From the NCBI GenBank assembly GCA_041650415.1, contig JBAZLC010000001.1:2998-66997 (forward strand): a stretch of 64,000 nucleotides of DNA, given 5' to 3'. The notes under the pieces were generated by a model that saw nothing but the letters and a program-made list of their open reading frames with translations, did not search any database and was not told the DNA's origin. Both the position numbers and the translations under genes were made by a program. This DNA is from Minisyncoccota bacterium (GTDB lineage: Bacteria > Patescibacteriota > Minisyncoccia > UBA6257 > UBA9933). Below, in pieces: positions 37,918 through 47,511 of the stretch (positions are counted from its first letter, which is position 1; each line of letters begins with the position of its first letter).

Positions 37918-38610
37918 TCAATTTCTTTTAAGTAATTTCCTTTCGCGATAAGATTTTGTATACTCGTAAATCGTAGACCAAAAAGCGCCGGCGAAAAATG
38001 CCGCCCCAACTTCTTCTAATGGAATGCCAAAAATTAAAACTCCGCAGATATTATCAAAATTATAAAAATTTTCTATCAAGCCCTTAAACATTGACTTTAT
38101 CAAAACAAGCCCTCCGAGATAGAAAATACTAAGGGCAAAAGCGCTGAAAAATACTTGCTTCCATAAATCTCTGCGCAAATAAACAATAATGAAAGCTCCA
38201 ATCGCGCACGATACCATGAAACCATAAACCGCTTTTGACGTAAACAAAATTGATGTTGATAAAAAAACTAGTGAGAAAAAAAGAAGCAGCCAAAAATGGG
38301 GGCGGCCTCCATGAATTAATTTTACCGGCTTTTCTTTCCAGAAAAATTCATAAATGACCGAAGCAATGCCGGCTATGATAAAAAGAAAAAGGAAGCTTTC
38401 TATGCCTACACCGTATTTTTTAATCAAGCCGAAAAGCGAATCGGGGTTCCAATACGCCGGCACGAGAAAGAAATCAATAATACCGAGAGGCATCCCGAAA
38501 AAACTCGCCCAAAGCATTTCCTTACGCAAATCTTTCCGTTTTAAAAATATCAAAAGCCAAAACAAAAAAAGAATCAGACAACCGGTAATATATGCGTATT
38601 TATAGGACAT
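37918..38610 (-). CDS. Hypothetical polytopic membrane protein
   Basis: The listed ORF is 37918..38652, but its first 14 codons overlap tRNA-Ser. The start was moved to MSYKYAYITGC at 38610. Confidence 0.45.
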   Translation of the reverse strand: MSYKYAYITGCLILFLFWLLIFLKRKDLRKEMLWASFFGMPLGIIDFFLVPAYWNPDSLFGLIKKYGVGIESFLFLFIIAGIASVIYEFFWKEKPVKLIHGGRPHFWLLLFFSLVFLSTSILFTSKAVYGFMVSCAIGAFIIVYLRRDLWKQVFFSAFALSIFYLGGLVLIKSMFKGLIENFYNFDNICGVLIFGIPLEEVGAAFFAGAFWSTIYEYTKSYRERKLLKRN

Positions 38611-38612
38611 TG

Positions 38613-38697
38613 CGGAGGGTACAGGATTCGAACCTGTGATGCCTTTCGGCATATTCGCTTTCCAAGCGAACGCACTAGACCGCTATGCGAACCCTCC
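38613..38697 (-). tRNA. tRNA-Ser (anticodon GGA)
   Basis: Type II tRNA. Acceptor GGAGGGU/ACCCUCC, anticodon loop UUGGAAA, variable arm UAUGCCGAAAGGCAUC, T-arm CAGG-UUCGAAU-CCUG. Confidence 0.8.
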
Positions 38698-38702
38698 AGG
38701 TC

Positions 38703-39131
38703 TTATTTTTTCTTTTTTAATTTTTCCATCTGCCTGCGAACTATTTGTTCATTGCCTATATTACTCACATACATCCAAAACGCATGAACTGATTTATATT
38801 CCGGATCAATTTCATCATCTTTCCCTTTAAATTTAGACAATGCTTCACCGCGTAAATCCATAAATTCTTCTAATTCTAATTCTCCTTTTTTATATTTTTC
38901 GTATATTTTCATTTCCGCTTCGGATAAAAATTCCGGCTCGATTAAATCGAAATGTGGATTGTAAGTTTCTCCTTTTCGACCGCGAGCCTCCCAGGCTTCT
39001 TTTTTCGTCATTTCTTCAGCTTTAATTCCCGCAATTTCGTTTTGGAAATTATCAAACTTTTCTTCCGGAGATAATTCTTGATTATTTAATTGTTCTTCAA
39101 AGTTTTCCATAAATAATTTATTTATTACCAC
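38703..39131 (-). CDS. Hypothetical acidic protein
   Basis: 142 aa Glu/Lys-rich. No family recognised. Confidence 0.4.
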   Translation of the reverse strand: MVINKLFMENFEEQLNNQELSPEEKFDNFQNEIAGIKAEEMTKKEAWEARGRKGETYNPHFDLIEPEFLSEAEMKIYEKYKKGELELEEFMDLRGEALSKFKGKDDEIDPEYKSVHAFWMYVSNIGNEQIVRRQMEKLKKKK

Positions 39132-39780
39132 TTTCCAATTTTTCTTTTTCTAAAACTTCCGAATAGGTTTTAACTTGATTCCTGCCTCCGTTTTCTCCGT
39201 GTTTGGCCGCGTACATCGCCTTGTCCGCGCGCTTTATCAATTCATCAAAACCGACTTCTCCCTCGGACGCGCTAACGCCTATGCTTAATGAAACATTTGT
39301 TCCTTCCTTGATTTTTTTTCTTAATTCCTCGGCTTTCTCGGCCGCTTCTTTTTCATCCGCGCCCAATAAGCTTACTATCATCTCCTCTCCTCCCCAACGG
39401 CAAACCGTATCGCTTTCACGAACATTCTCTTCAAGTATTTTCGCCACTTTTTTTAGAACTTCGTCGCCGGCATCATGCCCCAATTCGTCATTAACTTTTT
39501 TAAAATAATCTATATCGCAAAATAAATAACTGACATTACTAAACCCCTCTTCTCTTTTTTCAGCCGCGGGATTAGTAATTGCCGAAAGATTATCTTCCGC
39601 CTCTTCAATAAAATATTTCCGGGTTTTTAAGCCGGTCAAGCTATCATGAATCAAATCCTCTTTTAATTTAGCGTTCTCTATTTTCAGCTCCGCGTTTTCA
39701 GCTTCAAGAAACTCTACTCTTTGTCTTAATGTTTCAGCTTCGCTGATTTCAATTTTTTCCGCTCCTTCAAATTTTTCCAT
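39118..39780 (-). CDS. Diguanylate cyclase (coiled coil plus GGDEF)
   Basis: GGDEF domain with RWGGEEM active-site motif and DSLTGLKTRKYF. The listed ORF extends to 39939 through an out-of-frame W/R-rich read of the upstream Gly-rich region. The start was moved to MEKFEGAEK at 39780. Confidence 0.75.
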   Translation of the reverse strand: MEKFEGAEKIEISEAETLRQRVEFLEAENAELKIENAKLKEDLIHDSLTGLKTRKYFIEEAEDNLSAITNPAAEKREEGFSNVSYLFCDIDYFKKVNDELGHDAGDEVLKKVAKILEENVRESDTVCRWGGEEMIVSLLGADEKEAAEKAEELRKKIKEGTNVSLSIGVSASEGEVGFDELIKRADKAMYAAKHGENGGRNQVKTYSEVLEKEKLESGNK

Positions 39781-39824
39781 TTTTATATTAGATATTAGAT
39801 TACAGATACTAGATTCTAATTCAA

Positions 39825-40712
39825 TTACCACCTTCCGCTTGCGCCGCCGCCGCCCGAACTTCCACCGCCAAAACCTCCAAAACCGCCGAATCCACCGCCT
39901 TTTCCACTTCCGCCAAAACCCGCTCCGCCTATCCACCAAGGCGGAACCTTACCCTTGGACTTACTTTTAGAATAGGTTTTTGAAGCGATAAAGTCAAAAA
40001 ACAAGCCCAATGGTATTAAAATTACCAAACTGATTATTCCAAAATACAAAAATCCTTTTATAAAACCGATTATTATTCCGGCGATTCCGCCAACGACTCC
40101 CCCGGCCCACCACGATTTTGAACGGCTCAAAACACTGCCCAGCCAGACAAAAGCGAAAATAATAAATGCTAATATATTAAAATAATTTACGTTTTCTTTT
40201 GATGCGGTATTTTCTTCAGAAATAATTTCTCCGCCGGTTGCCGAAATAATTTTATCCGACGCGGCGTTTAACCCGCCATAAAAATCGTTATTTTTAAAAG
40301 CCGGCGCCATTTGATTATTTACAATCCATGAACTTTGCGCATCGGTAAGGACCGGCTCCAAACCATAACCCACTTCAATCCGCATTTGCCTGTCATCCAC
40401 CGCTACTAAAATTAAAGCGCCGTTATCCTGCCCTTCTTTTCCTATTCCCCAATCTTTAAAAAGTTCCACGGCAAAATTTTCAATCGTATCGCCGTCTAAA
40501 CTTTTAATAACCGCTATTGAGATTTCATTCCCCGCGCTTTTTTCAAAACCTGAAAGTTTTTGTTCCAACTGCTGTTTTTGCTCAGCGCTTAAAACTCCGG
40601 CAAAATCATTTACAAACCCTGCCGGATTACCCGGATTGGAATAAGCAAAAACAGCCGAAGGAAAAATTACAGCTAAAACTAAAACACTGAAGGCTAAAAA
40701 CTTTTTAAGCAT
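39825..40712 (-). CDS. TPM-domain protein (YgcG/TLP18.3-like) with a Gly-rich C-terminal tail
   Basis: 295 aa: signal peptide, TPM domain (NGALILVAVDDRQMRIEVGYGLE), a TM helix and a GGFGGFGG tail. Confidence 0.7.
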   Translation of the reverse strand: MLKKFLAFSVLVLAVIFPSAVFAYSNPGNPAGFVNDFAGVLSAEQKQQLEQKLSGFEKSAGNEISIAVIKSLDGDTIENFAVELFKDWGIGKEGQDNGALILVAVDDRQMRIEVGYGLEPVLTDAQSSWIVNNQMAPAFKNNDFYGGLNAASDKIISATGGEIISEENTASKENVNYFNILAFIIFAFVWLGSVLSRSKSWWAGGVVGGIAGIIIGFIKGFLYFGIISLVILIPLGLFFDFIASKTYSKSKSKGKVPPWWIGGAGFGGSGKGGGFGGFGGFGGGSSGGGGASGRW

Positions 40713-40720
40713 TAATTATT

Positions 40721-41284
40721 TTAGAATTCAACAACGGGCGCGTTTTCAGCTCCAGGAGTTGATTCAAAATAAGCTTTTTCGGTAAATCCGAACATCGATG
40801 CGACAACACTGCTCGGAAAACGCTTAACCATTAAATCAAAGTCCCTAACCATATCGTTAAATCTTTTCCTTTCGACGCTCACCCTATTTTCAGTTCCTTC
40901 AATTTGCACCATCAAATTCTGGACGTTTTCTGCCGACTTAAGCTGAGGGTAATTTTCCATTACCGCTAAAAGCTTTCCTAAAGCGCTTTCAACCTGGCTT
41001 GCTGCGATCGCCTTGTCATTAACGGTTATCGCTCCGGCATAGCGCGTACGCGCATCGGCTATAGCGCCAAAAACCGTTTGTTCCTGACTCATAATCCCCT
41101 TTACGGAATTAACAAGGTTGGGAATAAGATCTACCCGCCTTTGATACTGCGTTTCGACTTGCGCCCATTGATTATCGACATTTTCATTTGTCGTAACCAA
41201 ACTATTATAGGTCATCCAGCCGTATCCCAAAATCAATACGACGATAACCGCGACCCCAATTAATATTTTTTTATTCGTAAACAT
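40721..41284 (-). CDS. LemA family protein
   Basis: 187 aa with an N-terminal TM and a LemA core (YNSLVTTNENVDNQWAQVETQYQRRVDLIPNLV). Confidence 0.8.
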   Translation of the reverse strand: MFTNKKILIGVAVIVVLILGYGWMTYNSLVTTNENVDNQWAQVETQYQRRVDLIPNLVNSVKGIMSQEQTVFGAIADARTRYAGAITVNDKAIAASQVESALGKLLAVMENYPQLKSAENVQNLMVQIEGTENRVSVERKRFNDMVRDFDLMVKRFPSSVVASMFGFTEKAYFESTPGAENAPVVEF

Positions 41285-41387
41285 TTTATTTAATGAATTA
41301 ATTATTTTAATCGACGTTTTATTTTATCATAGATTTTATGATAAATCAAAAAAACTCCGCGACAAACGCGGAGTTTTTATCAGAGAT

Positions 41388-43046
41388 TTAGTATTCCTCG
41401 CCCATCATTCCGCCTCCGTGATTATGCCCTTCTTTGTCTTTTTTCTCCGGAATTTCGGTTATTGCGGCGCCGACGGTCAAATAGTTGGCTGCCACCGAAA
41501 CGGCGTTTATAAAGGCCGTTTTGACCACTTTAAGGGGGTCTATAATGCCAACCTCCTTAAGATTCACTCCGTTTTGATTGGTTAACGCGTTAAAGCCGAG
41601 CCAGGCGTTTTCTTCGCCCGTGCCTTTCTTGTTTTCCAAATCCTTGATAACGGCGTTCGGCGATTCTCCGCTGTTTAAAACAATCGCGGAAAACGGCGCT
41701 TCAAGCGCGCGCTTTAAAATTTGCGCGGCGGCAATTGAAGTCGGCGTTTCATTTTTCTCGAAATTTTTCCTAACCAAATAAACGTTAAGTAAAGCGATTC
41801 CGCCTCCGGGCACGATTCCCTCTTCCATGGCGGCTCTTGTCGCGGCTACCGCGTCTTCAACTCTTTGCTTTAATTCTTTTTGCGCCGATTCCGAAGGCGC
41901 GCCAACTTTTATGACAGCCACTCCGCCGGATAATTTTCCAAGTCTTTCATTAAGCTTGTCTTTATCAAATTCCGAATCCGCTTTTTTAATTTGCGCCTTT
42001 AACTGGTTTATTCTGTCTTCTATTTTTTCTTTATCTCCTTTTCCGCCGATAATCGTAGTATTATCTTTTGTTGAAACAACCCTGTGGACGTGGCCCAAAT
42101 CGGCAATCTCAACGTTTTCAAGCTTTTTACCTAATTCATCGGAAATCAAATTCGCACCGGTGACAACGGCAATATCTTCAAGCATTTCCTTTTTTCTGTC
42201 GCCGAAACCCGGAGCTTTTACCGCCAAAACGCTGAAGATTCCGCGAAGTTTGTTCAATATTAAAGTAGTAAGCGCTTCGCCTTCAACTTCTTCGGCGATT
42301 ATCACCAATTCTTTTTTACCCGATTGGATAAGTTTTTCTAAAAGCGGCAAAAGTTCATTTATAGCTGAAATCTTTTTATCGGTTACCAAAACATACGGGT
42401 CTTCCAGGGCAGCTTCCATTCTTTGCGGATCAGTCATCATATAGGGCGAAGTGTAGCCGCGATCAAACTGCAAACCCTCGACAATTTCATAGGAATTGCC
42501 CATGGTATTTGAATCATCTATTGTGACTACGCCGTCCTTTTTAACCTTTTCCATGACTTCGGCGATAAGTCCGCCGATTTCCGCATCTTTAGCTGAAAGC
42601 GTGGCAACTTCTTTTATTTTTTTATTGTCGTTAATCGGCTCTTTTTGCTCTTCAAGAGATTTTACAACCGAGGCGCTGACTTTCTTAAGCTCTTCTGCAA
42701 GCTGAATAACGTTAAAACCTTTTTCGCGGATTAAGCGCTCGCCTTCGTCTATCATGGCGTGCGCCAAAACAACCGACGTGGTTGTGCCATCGCCGACATT
42801 GTCATTTGTTTTTTCAGCCGCCTGTTTGATAAAATCGGCGCCGAGATTTTCGTATTTATTTTCAAGTTCTATTTCTTTGGCAACGGTCACGCCGTCCAAA
42901 GTTACTTGCGGAGCGCCATAGCCTTTTTCTATGACAACCGCCCGTCCGCGCGGACCCAAAGTCATCCGGACCGCTTCGGCCAATTTATCTATTCCTTTTT
43001 TGAGCGCACTCCGCGCTTCTTCGTTAAATAAAATTTGTTTAGCCAT
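41388..43046 (-). CDS. groL: Chaperonin GroEL
   Basis: 552 aa with classic GroEL sequence (AKQILFNEEARSALKKGIDKLAEAV...) and a GGM-like C-terminus. Confidence 0.95.
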   Translation of the reverse strand: MAKQILFNEEARSALKKGIDKLAEAVRMTLGPRGRAVVIEKGYGAPQVTLDGVTVAKEIELENKYENLGADFIKQAAEKTNDNVGDGTTTSVVLAHAMIDEGERLIREKGFNVIQLAEELKKVSASVVKSLEEQKEPINDNKKIKEVATLSAKDAEIGGLIAEVMEKVKKDGVVTIDDSNTMGNSYEIVEGLQFDRGYTSPYMMTDPQRMEAALEDPYVLVTDKKISAINELLPLLEKLIQSGKKELVIIAEEVEGEALTTLILNKLRGIFSVLAVKAPGFGDRKKEMLEDIAVVTGANLISDELGKKLENVEIADLGHVHRVVSTKDNTTIIGGKGDKEKIEDRINQLKAQIKKADSEFDKDKLNERLGKLSGGVAVIKVGAPSESAQKELKQRVEDAVAATRAAMEEGIVPGGGIALLNVYLVRKNFEKNETPTSIAAAQILKRALEAPFSAIVLNSGESPNAVIKDLENKKGTGEENAWLGFNALTNQNGVNLKEVGIIDPLKVVKTAFINAVSVAANYLTVGAAITEIPEKKDKEGHNHGGGMMGEEY

Positions 43047-43048
43047 AA

Positions 43049-43339
43049 TTATTCTAAAATCGCTAATATATCTTCTTCGTCTCCGACCAAATATTTTTTA
43101 CCTTCAATTTCCAATTCGTCAGGGCCATACTTTTTGAAAAGCACCGTATCTCCGACTTTTACCGACATCGCGATTCTTTCGCCTTTGTCGTTAAGTTTGC
43201 CCGAACCGACTGCCAAAACTTTGCCCTTTACCGGCTTTTCTTTTTCAGATGTCTCCGGCAAAACAATTCCGGACTTGGTTGTTTTTTCCTCTCCTAATGC
43301 CTCGAGGAAAACATGGTTTGAAAGTGGTTTTATATTCAT
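43049..43339 (-). CDS. groS: Co-chaperonin GroES
   Basis: Start moved to MNIKPLSNHVFLEALGEEKTTKSGIVLPE, giving 96 aa. The listed ORF has a spurious 41-codon N-terminal extension. Confidence 0.9.
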   Translation of the reverse strand: MNIKPLSNHVFLEALGEEKTTKSGIVLPETSEKEKPVKGKVLAVGSGKLNDKGERIAMSVKVGDTVLFKKYGPDELEIEGKKYLVGDEEDILAILE

Positions 43340-43469
43340 ATTTTGTATTAGATTTTTTGACCTTTTAATTATCCTTATTGTAAGCCCGAAGCGGATTTTG
43401 TCAAGAAAAACAAGAAAAAAACAGGGCGTTCCACAGGCAAAGCAAATTGCGCTGCAGAACACCCCAGAG

Positions 43470-43835
43470 TCAACCCCTTAAAGCGGTAATTGTTTCCATG
43501 ATCGCTTTTTCGATGCTTTCCAGCCGGACAGGCTTGAAGATGATTTTGTTTGCGCCTGCGGCAATACCAACACGCGCCACTTCTTCCCGATTGTCCGCCG
43601 ACATGAAAATGACGAAGGTTTTCGGCGAAGATAATTTTATCTCGCGGATAACCTCTTCTCCCAGCATCCCGCCAGGCATACTGCGATCGGTGAACACCAC
43701 ATCAAACTGGTTGCACTTGAAAAGCTTGAGACCGCTGGGACCATCGGAAGCCGTGACCACTGTTCCGAATTCCGACAGGGATTCGGATATAAAATCACGG
43801 ACCACTTCTTCGTCATCAATAACCAGAATATTCAT
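43470..43835 (-). CDS. Stand-alone response-regulator receiver (CheY-like)
   Basis: 121 aa with VIDDEEVV, FDVVFTDRSMPG and KIIFKP. No output domain. Confidence 0.75.
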   Translation of the reverse strand: MNILVIDDEEVVRDFISESLSEFGTVVTASDGPSGLKLFKCNQFDVVFTDRSMPGGMLGEEVIREIKLSSPKTFVIFMSADNREEVARVGIAAGANKIIFKPVRLESIEKAIMETITALRG

Positions 43836-43974
43836 ATTTCATCCTTTCTTTTGATTTTCAGTTTTAGAATTGCTGAATTTATAATAAAATATTGTTTGAT
43901 TTTTGTCAATCCCACAACTAAATTTTTTGTAAAAAAATTGGCGCCTGTAGTGCTTCTATCTACAAGGCGCCGGT

Positions 43975-44631
43975 TCACTGTGCGATTTCCATTTCCAAAA
44001 TCCTTTCCGCTGAAGCGAATTGAGCGTGAATACGAGGCGCAATCCAAGAGTTGATGATATTAACGACTTTTTCCGACTGGAGCACTTCCATGTGATCCAG
44101 CCCAGTTAAGACAACAATATCTGCCGCTTCACGCCCGACATCGAGCACAGAAACAACATCTACCGTGCCGTCGTTTTCCCCGCGGAAAAACCATTTTTCC
44201 AGACCCTGTTTATGCGCCGCAATTACATAAAGCGGTACATTGGAATCTTCGTCACCGGGACGAAAAATCCATTTCGGACAAGCCCAGAAGCCGCCCGCAG
44301 GACTAGAAATGGTTACAACCGCGACTACCGCCTCAGGATGGTCGTTAGCAATCCGCCGAGAAATTAAACCCCCAAACGAATGGCCGACAAGAATCAATTT
44401 CCCGTCAACGCCCGTCTCCTGAATCTTTTGCCAAATATCGGCGGCAGCGTCCACGAAAGGCCAAAGCCTGTCAGGGACGATATTGATCGCATTGGGAATA
44501 TTCTCAGCGAGAAATTCCATATGCGACTGATTGCTACCGGCGCCTCCGACGAGGACAACGGTAACTCTGTCCGCTGCTTGCGCCACGGTGGCGGCAAGCA
44601 ATAATACGACAACAAACAAAATCTTCTTCAT
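43975..44631 (-). CDS. Secreted alpha/beta-hydrolase (lipase/esterase-like, GHSFGG)
   Basis: Signal peptide MKKILFVVVLLLAATVAQA and nucleophile elbow LVGHSFGG. GC is about 50% against about 40% background, so it was probably acquired horizontally. A hairpin terminator lies at 43932-43965 on the minus strand. Confidence 0.7.
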   Translation of the reverse strand: MKKILFVVVLLLAATVAQAADRVTVVLVGGAGSNQSHMEFLAENIPNAINIVPDRLWPFVDAAADIWQKIQETGVDGKLILVGHSFGGLISRRIANDHPEAVVAVVTISSPAGGFWACPKWIFRPGDEDSNVPLYVIAAHKQGLEKWFFRGENDGTVDVVSVLDVGREAADIVVLTGLDHMEVLQSEKVVNIINSWIAPRIHAQFASAERILEMEIAQ

Positions 44632-44686
44632 TGCCCTCATCTCCTTTCCGTTTTTTCCTTATGAAGTTTTAAACGACGCTTAATTT

Positions 44687-44726
44687 AAACTGTTTACAGT
44701 ATAACAGTTTTTATAAAAAAGTCAAG
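44687..44726 (-). promoter_or_regulatory. Lipase promoter (TTGACT-16-TATACT) overlapped by the palindrome AAACTGTT-N8-AACAGTTT
   Basis: The -35 is at 44720-44725 and the -10 at 44698-44703 on the minus strand. The 24-nt palindrome at 44687-44710 covers the -10 and the transcription start. Confidence 0.45.
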
Positions 44727-44741
44727 ATTAACCAATATTTT

Positions 44742-45965
44742 TTACGGTAATAAGTGGCTTAAAACCTTGGAGAACCAGTTGTCCCCGGAAATTGACCATC
44801 CCCCGTTATGTTCGGATTGTTCGGATCCTAAAAGTAACAAACCAACGGCAACCGCGAATTCCGGATCTTCAACTTCTTTGGCGGATTCGCTGTTTGGAAA
44901 TTCAATTTCACTAATTTCGACATCGCCCGCCTGAACCGGTAGTTTAAGTTCTTTTTTTGCCAGAGCCAAGACGCCGGTCATTTTCGCTCCCCCGCCGACA
45001 ATCACCGCGCCGCTCGGAAGTTCACCATTTTTATTAATTGATTTTAAATCATCGCTGACATGCTCAAAAATTTCACTCAATCTGATTTCAATAATTTCCG
45101 AAATAAACCGTTTGTTCACGGTCGAACTTAAACTATCATCCAGTCCGTGAAGATCTATTTTTTCTTTCCCTGAGACTTCTTTGGAATCGGCAGCGCCAAA
45201 AGAAAGTTTTATTTTTTCCGCCGTTTTAATCGGACATCTTAAACCTATTGCTAAATCGTTGGTAATATGCGAAGCGCCTATCGGAAAAGTAGCCGTTGAA
45301 ACAAGTTTGCCTTCCTGGTAAACGGCTAAATTTGTCGTACCAAAACCGATGTCTATCAGTGCCACGCCAAGCTCTTTTTGATTCTTATTTAAAACCGAAC
45401 GCGCCGAAGCCAAAGGATTGTAAATTATTCCGCCGATTTTTCCGCCCGATGCCTCAAGCGCTTTAATTAAATTATTAAGCGTCGGCTTAAAACAATCTAC
45501 TATCAAACTGTTTATTTCCAACCTGTTTCCCACCATCCCCAGCGGATCAATAATATCACCAATGCCATCAACCACGAATTCTTTCGTAATGGTATGAACT
45601 ATCATTCTGTTCGGACCCAAATTTATCGCCTGAGAAGCCTTTATGGCGCGATCCACGTCTTCGGCGCAAATTTCGCTGTCGGCCCGGGAAACCGCGACTA
45701 TACCGCGGGAATTTTGAATTCTGATATTGCCGCCTCCAATATTCACGAAAATATTTTTTGCCGCCGATTTATCAACCTGCTTTATCCCGTCTATAACCGG
45801 CTTTAACGCGTTAACAAGCTCTTCAACGTTTATAATTTCTCCTTTTCTAATTCCCGCCGAAGGAGCTTTAAAAACCGCCGCAAGCGACAATTTGCCGCCT
45901 TTTTCCGTTCTGGCGACTAAAACTTTTATATTTGAAGTTCCTATGTCTAAAGCTGTGATAAACAT
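44742..45965 (-). CDS. ftsA: Cell division protein FtsA
   Basis: 407 aa actin-like ATPase (MFITALDIGTSNIKVLVA, GGGAKMTGV). Confidence 0.9.
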   Translation of the reverse strand: MFITALDIGTSNIKVLVARTEKGGKLSLAAVFKAPSAGIRKGEIINVEELVNALKPVIDGIKQVDKSAAKNIFVNIGGGNIRIQNSRGIVAVSRADSEICAEDVDRAIKASQAINLGPNRMIVHTITKEFVVDGIGDIIDPLGMVGNRLEINSLIVDCFKPTLNNLIKALEASGGKIGGIIYNPLASARSVLNKNQKELGVALIDIGFGTTNLAVYQEGKLVSTATFPIGASHITNDLAIGLRCPIKTAEKIKLSFGAADSKEVSGKEKIDLHGLDDSLSSTVNKRFISEIIEIRLSEIFEHVSDDLKSINKNGELPSGAVIVGGGAKMTGVLALAKKELKLPVQAGDVEISEIEFPNSESAKEVEDPEFAVAVGLLLLGSEQSEHNGGWSISGDNWFSKVLSHLLP

Positions 45966-46357
45966 AAATTTTCCATTTTTTCCATTTTAATTATATCACT
46001 TTTCTTTTGATGGTCGTAACCGAAAAGGTGAAGAATTCCGTGAACCAGTAAAAATTTCTTTCTTTCTAAATTATAACTTTTGGCGCTGTTTATGTAAATT
46101 TCGCCAATATTTTTATTCTTTGACTTTGGCGAAACGAAGCCTTTGGGCTCTTCAAAACTTAAAACGTCCGCGGCCTTATTTTTCCCGCGGAACTTTTTAT
46201 TTAAAAATTTCATTAACCGGCCTTCCGTTAAAAAAACTTCGATTGAAACATTATTTTTGCCGAGAAACTTGATTATTTTCAGTCCCGTTTTTTCCAGTTC
46301 TTTTTCGATTTTTTTATCCGATTTGCCGGACAGACTGACTATTTCAACTTTATTCAT
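45947..46357 (-). CDS. ybeY: rRNA maturation endoribonuclease YbeY
   Basis: 136 aa with the HGILHLFGYDH zinc-binding motif. Confidence 0.8.
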   Translation of the reverse strand: MNKVEIVSLSGKSDKKIEKELEKTGLKIIKFLGKNNVSIEVFLTEGRLMKFLNKKFRGKNKAADVLSFEEPKGFVSPKSKNKNIGEIYINSAKSYNLERKKFLLVHGILHLFGYDHQKKSDIIKMEKMENLCLSQL

Positions 46358-46811
46358 TTGTCAAAAATTTCTTCGCCGCCTCGCTTACGGCCGAAGCATC
46401 GGCTTTGCCTTTCAAATCTTTCATCGCTTCCGCCATTACCTTGCCGAATTCTTTAACGGTTTTTGCTCCGGTTTTTTCAACCGCCGCTTTAACTATTTTT
46501 TCGATTTCCTCTACGCCAACTTGTTCTGGAAGATATTTTTTAAGAAATTCCAATTCTTTAAGTTCTTTTTCTCCCAACTCGCCTCTTCCGGCATTATTAA
46601 ACATTTCAGCCGCTTCTTTGCGCTTCTTGACTTCTTTTGACAAAACTTCTATCACTTCCTCGTCCGAGAGCGCTTCTTCTCCGCCCTTACCCTTTTTTTC
46701 TATTTCTTTATTATGCAAAGACGATAAAATCATGCGTAAAACGCCGGTCTCAAATTCTTTTCCGGCTTTCATCGCTTCTTTTAAATCTTCGGAGATTTTT
46801 TGATTAAGCAT
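46350..46811 (-). CDS. GatB/YqeY domain protein
   Basis: 153 aa YqeY-like (MLNQKISEDLKEAMKAGKEFETGVLRMILSSL). Confidence 0.75.
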   Translation of the reverse strand: MLNQKISEDLKEAMKAGKEFETGVLRMILSSLHNKEIEKKGKGGEEALSDEEVIEVLSKEVKKRKEAAEMFNNAGRGELGEKELKELEFLKKYLPEQVGVEEIEKIVKAAVEKTGAKTVKEFGKVMAEAMKDLKGKADASAVSEAAKKFLTNE

Positions 46812-46817
46812 AAAATT

Positions 46818-47027
46818 TTACGCTCTGCCCATTTTTCTGGCCTTCATCACTTCTTTTTTCTTTTTTTCCCTGTGAAGCGCCGATAACTTTTTCTTTAATT
46901 TCGATTCGGGGCGGGTTTTAAATTTCCTTTTCTTCGCCTCACGCAAAATTCCGCTTTGCTGAATTTTCTTTGAAAAGCGGTAAATGAAAGCGTTTGTCGG
47001 TTCTCCTTCTCTTCTTTTTACTTCCAT
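46818..47027 (-). CDS. rpsU: 30S ribosomal protein S21
   Basis: 69 aa basic protein (MEVKRREGEPTNAFIYRFSKKIQQSGILREAKKRKFKTRPESKLKKK). Confidence 0.8.
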   Translation of the reverse strand: MEVKRREGEPTNAFIYRFSKKIQQSGILREAKKRKFKTRPESKLKKKLSALHREKKKKEVMKARKMGRA

Positions 47028-47104
47028 AGCTATATAGTTTTTAGGTTTTAGTTTTTGGGTTTTAGGTAATTTATTTTTTATCTAACACCTGAAACCTAAC
47101 ACCT

Positions 47105-47509
47105 CTAACCTTTAATTAATTTTACTATTTCTTCCAAACTTTCTGTTGGTTTGTTATCGACGACGCTATGAATCGACCCTCCGCCGTCGTTGTTCCATCT
47201 TGGTATGATATGTATGTGCAAATGCTCCACTGTTTGCCCGCTTACTTTACCATGATTTATCCCTATTGTAAAACCGTCGGGTTTCAATTTTTTAGCCAAT
47301 AAATCCGTTGTTTCCTTAACCGCTTTAAACACTCCTTCAATTTTAGAATCGGGCAATTCCAAAATATTTGCCGCGTGAACTTTCGGCAAAACCATCGTGT
47401 GTCCGGGTGCCCGCGGATTAACGTCCAAGACCGCCGTGGCGTCGTTGCTTTCGTAAACAACTTGCGCCGGTATTTCTTTATTCGCTATTTTGCAAAATAA
47501 ACAATCCAT
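47105..47509 (-). CDS. HIT family (histidine triad) protein
   Basis: 134 aa with the HLHIHIIPR triad. Confidence 0.8.
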   Translation of the reverse strand: MDCLFCKIANKEIPAQVVYESNDATAVLDVNPRAPGHTMVLPKVHAANILELPDSKIEGVFKAVKETTDLLAKKLKPDGFTIGINHGKVSGQTVEHLHIHIIPRWNNDGGGSIHSVVDNKPTESLEEIVKLIKG

Positions 47510-47511
47510 TT

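Noticed and set aside
38611-38652. First 14 codons of ORF 37918..38652
   Set aside because: They overlap tRNA-Ser(GGA) on the same strand. The start was moved to the Met at 38610.
39781-39939. W/R-rich N-terminus (MVDRRSGFWRKWKRRWIRRFWRFWRW) of the GGDEF ORF
   Set aside because: It is an out-of-frame reading of the GGFGGFGG-encoding tail of the upstream TPM gene. The real start is the internal Met at 39780.
43340-43462. Cys-rich N-terminal extension (41 codons) of the groES ORF
   Set aside because: GroES is universally about 95 aa and begins MNIKPL. The extension has no Shine-Dalgarno and resembles no GroES N-terminus.
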